Part shown: positions 6,182 to 7,964 of the stretch, in pieces
Layout of the letters: every line of letters begins with the position of its first letter
How positions within the stretch are numbered: the first letter of the stretch is position 1
Assembly: GCA_964426185.1 (NCBI GenBank)
Contig: CAYRPF010000107.1
Span: 1 to 7,964 of the forward strand
DNA from: an uncultured archaeon
Lineage (GTDB): Archaea; Asgardarchaeota; Lokiarchaeia; Sigyniarchaeales; Promethearchaeaceae
Direction: 5' to 3'
DNA length: 7,964 nt
Program-made: the position numbers and the translations under genes
Notes under the pieces: generated by a model
The model's input: the letters and a program-made list of their open reading frames with translations, nothing else
Database searches by the model: none
What the model was told of the DNA's origin: nothing

Positions 6182-7603
6182 ATGCTTTTGCGTATAGATA
6201 TCTCATTAGAAGCCATTACATGGATTTTATTAGTTACTTCCTTCGCTCTCATCTTGGCAGTTGGATTTTTTTATGTTTTTTCAGGGATCAAAATTCAATT
6301 AGTCGAAGAGAAGAAATTGCGTTTGATTTTGATTGCTTCCATTTTACCTGGGAGTATCTTTTATTTTACCATTTCTGGATTAGTCCTATGGAGTAATTCG
6401 GTCACCAGCATCTTCAGTATTCCAATCGATTTACAAAGTTTTACACTTGGGACCGGTGAAATAGGAGGCACATGGTCGAAATTCCTTCTCATTTCCGTAG
6501 GATTCAATCTAACTTTGGGGATCATCCTAAAGCAACTTGCGTTCCATTCTTTAGCTAATATGAAGAAAGGATTTAGTGTGTCTTCCGTTGAAATTGGAAA
6601 GAAAATCTTGCAAGTCGAAAATTTAAATGTTTACTATCCAATATATGGTGGAATATTAAAACGAGCTACAGGATTTGTAAAAGCAGTCAACGGCGTTTCA
6701 TTTACAATCAAAGCAGGAGAAACCATGGGTTTGGTTGGGGAAAGTGGTTGTGGAAAATCTACTCTCGCTAAAGCAATATTGGGGTTAGTAGATATTCATG
6801 AAGGAAGAATTTTATTCAACAATGATGAATTGCACTACCCTATCGAAAATGAATTTCGACGCCGAATCCAAATTGTATTTCAAGATCCCGACGCTTCACT
6901 CAACCCGCGTATGAAGATTGTAGATATCTTGGGTGAACCCCTCCGTAATCTGATGGGAATGACAAATAAAGACGATATTCGAGAGGCCGCAGTCCAATTG
7001 TTGGAAAAGGTCTCACTAAAACGTGAATATTTAGAACGTTTTCCCCATGAGTTTTCGGGTGGGCAGAAACAGCGGATCACCATTGCTCGTGCCCTCGCAT
7101 GTAATCCAGAATTGATCATCCTAGATGAACCAACTTCAGCCTTGGATGTCTCTGTGCAAGCGGGAATATTAAACTTATTGAAAGATTTGCAACGAGAATT
7201 TGGGTATGCTTATCTTTTTATTACCCACAATCTATCCGTCGTAGACAACATCGCAAATAATGTGGCGGTCATGTATCTGGGGAGATTTGTGGAGTATGGG
7301 CCTGTAAAAGAGATTTTTTCCAATCCGATACACCCGTATACGCAAGCACTCCTTTCTGCACGTACTGAAGTTTGTTATGACAATACTATTAAACGGATTA
7401 TATTAGAAGGTGAAGTGCCCAGCCCCATAAATCTTCCTGAAGGGTGTTATTTTCATCCACGATGCAATAATCCAAATCGTACCGACAAATGTAAATCTAT
7501 TCCACCAAAAGCTTTGAATTATGGAAATAATCATTTAGTTTGGTGCTATGATAATTCTCACTGCTGTGTTGAAGTGAATGACGATTATCTAATCAGTAAT
7601 TGA
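6182..7603 (+). CDS. dppF: DppF/OppF-type ABC ATPase fused to an N-terminal ~3-TM domain of unknown function
   Basis: Hydrophobic segments at aa ~12-34, 48-70 and 101-121. The NBD starts at about aa 142: VKAVNGVSF, Walker A GESGCGKS (186-193), FQDPDASLNPR, FSGGQKQR, LIILDEPTSALD, ITHN, HPYT and CYFHPRC-x8-C-x17-C. Confidence 0.93.
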   Translation: MLLRIDISLEAITWILLVTSFALILAVGFFYVFSGIKIQLVEEKKLRLILIASILPGSIFYFTISGLVLWSNSVTSIFSIPIDLQSFTLGTGEIGGTWSKFLLISVGFNLTLGIILKQLAFHSLANMKKGFSVSSVEIGKKILQVENLNVYYPIYGGILKRATGFVKAVNGVSFTIKAGETMGLVGESGCGKSTLAKAILGLVDIHEGRILFNNDELHYPIENEFRRRIQIVFQDPDASLNPRMKIVDILGEPLRNLMGMTNKDDIREAAVQLLEKVSLKREYLERFPHEFSGGQKQRITIARALACNPELIILDEPTSALDVSVQAGILNLLKDLQREFGYAYLFITHNLSVVDNIANNVAVMYLGRFVEYGPVKEIFSNPIHPYTQALLSARTEVCYDNTIKRIILEGEVPSPINLPEGCYFHPRCNNPNRTDKCKSIPPKALNYGNNHLVWCYDNSHCCVEVNDDYLISN

Positions 7604-7606
7604 TAA

Positions 7607-7641
7607 TTTTTATTCATTTTTTCGTGACATTTTTTTATTTT
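7607..7641 (+). terminator. Putative T-tract (archaeal-style) terminator of the ABC cluster
   Basis: T5 (7607-7611), T6 (7617-7622), T7 (7630-7636) and T4 (7638-7641) directly follow the dppF stop, with no GC-rich hairpin. Confidence 0.5.
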
Positions 7642-7964
7642 CCTTCTCATATTGTATTTTTAATGAATATAATCAAGTATTCTACCAGGTCTTCTTAATC
7701 TTACATTTGTCTCTCCACGAAATCGGAAAATAGAATGAGTTGTACAGAAAAATAAGGGGTTTTCAGAAAACTTAAATTGCGATCTGCCGCTTAAATACCC
7801 CATATCTGTTGAAGTTTGCGGTACATTCCGCACGCTAGAATCTTTAAATTCATGCCGAAAGTATTCCGAATTATTGAATAGGACCAGTAGATATCATTTA
7901 GTAAATGGCTTTCACCGCCTTATTCGAAAATCCCAATATCTAGATGGTCAAATAGAATTGGAAA

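Noticed and set aside
3822-7119. Antisense ORFs 3822..4172, 5111..5299, 5369..5554, 5918..6124 and 6880..7119
   Set aside because: Typical antisense shadows of conserved permease and ATPase coding sequence.
7660-7893. 77-codon stop-free stretch on the - strand (47 aa from ATG at 7803), preceded in frame only by TGA stops
   Set aside because: There is no recognisable similarity or RBS. Nothing else in the window supports TGA recoding, since no gene contains an in-frame TGA.

Overview
AT-rich prokaryotic window, possibly archaeal. Archaeal-style TATA spacing and hairpin-less T-tract termination support this; an Asgard/Lokiarchaeia-like origin is my impression only. It holds two divergent units. 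Leftward is a CocE/NonD (peptidase S15-like) alpha/beta-hydrolase that the ORF track missed because it runs off the left edge. Rightward is a five-gene cluster: an unknown 4-TM membrane protein, then dppB, dppC, dppD and dppF of a peptide/nickel (Opp/Dpp) ABC importer. This transporter is strongly non-canonical. Both ATPase subunits are fused in frame to uncharacterised N-terminal membrane domains (about 7 TM on DppD, about 3 TM on DppF), which by eye may share a repeated 3-TM module. DppD also carries a ~55-aa coiled-coil insertion between its Q-loop and signature motif. DppC has a repeated N-terminal extension. No substrate-binding protein gene lies in the cluster.
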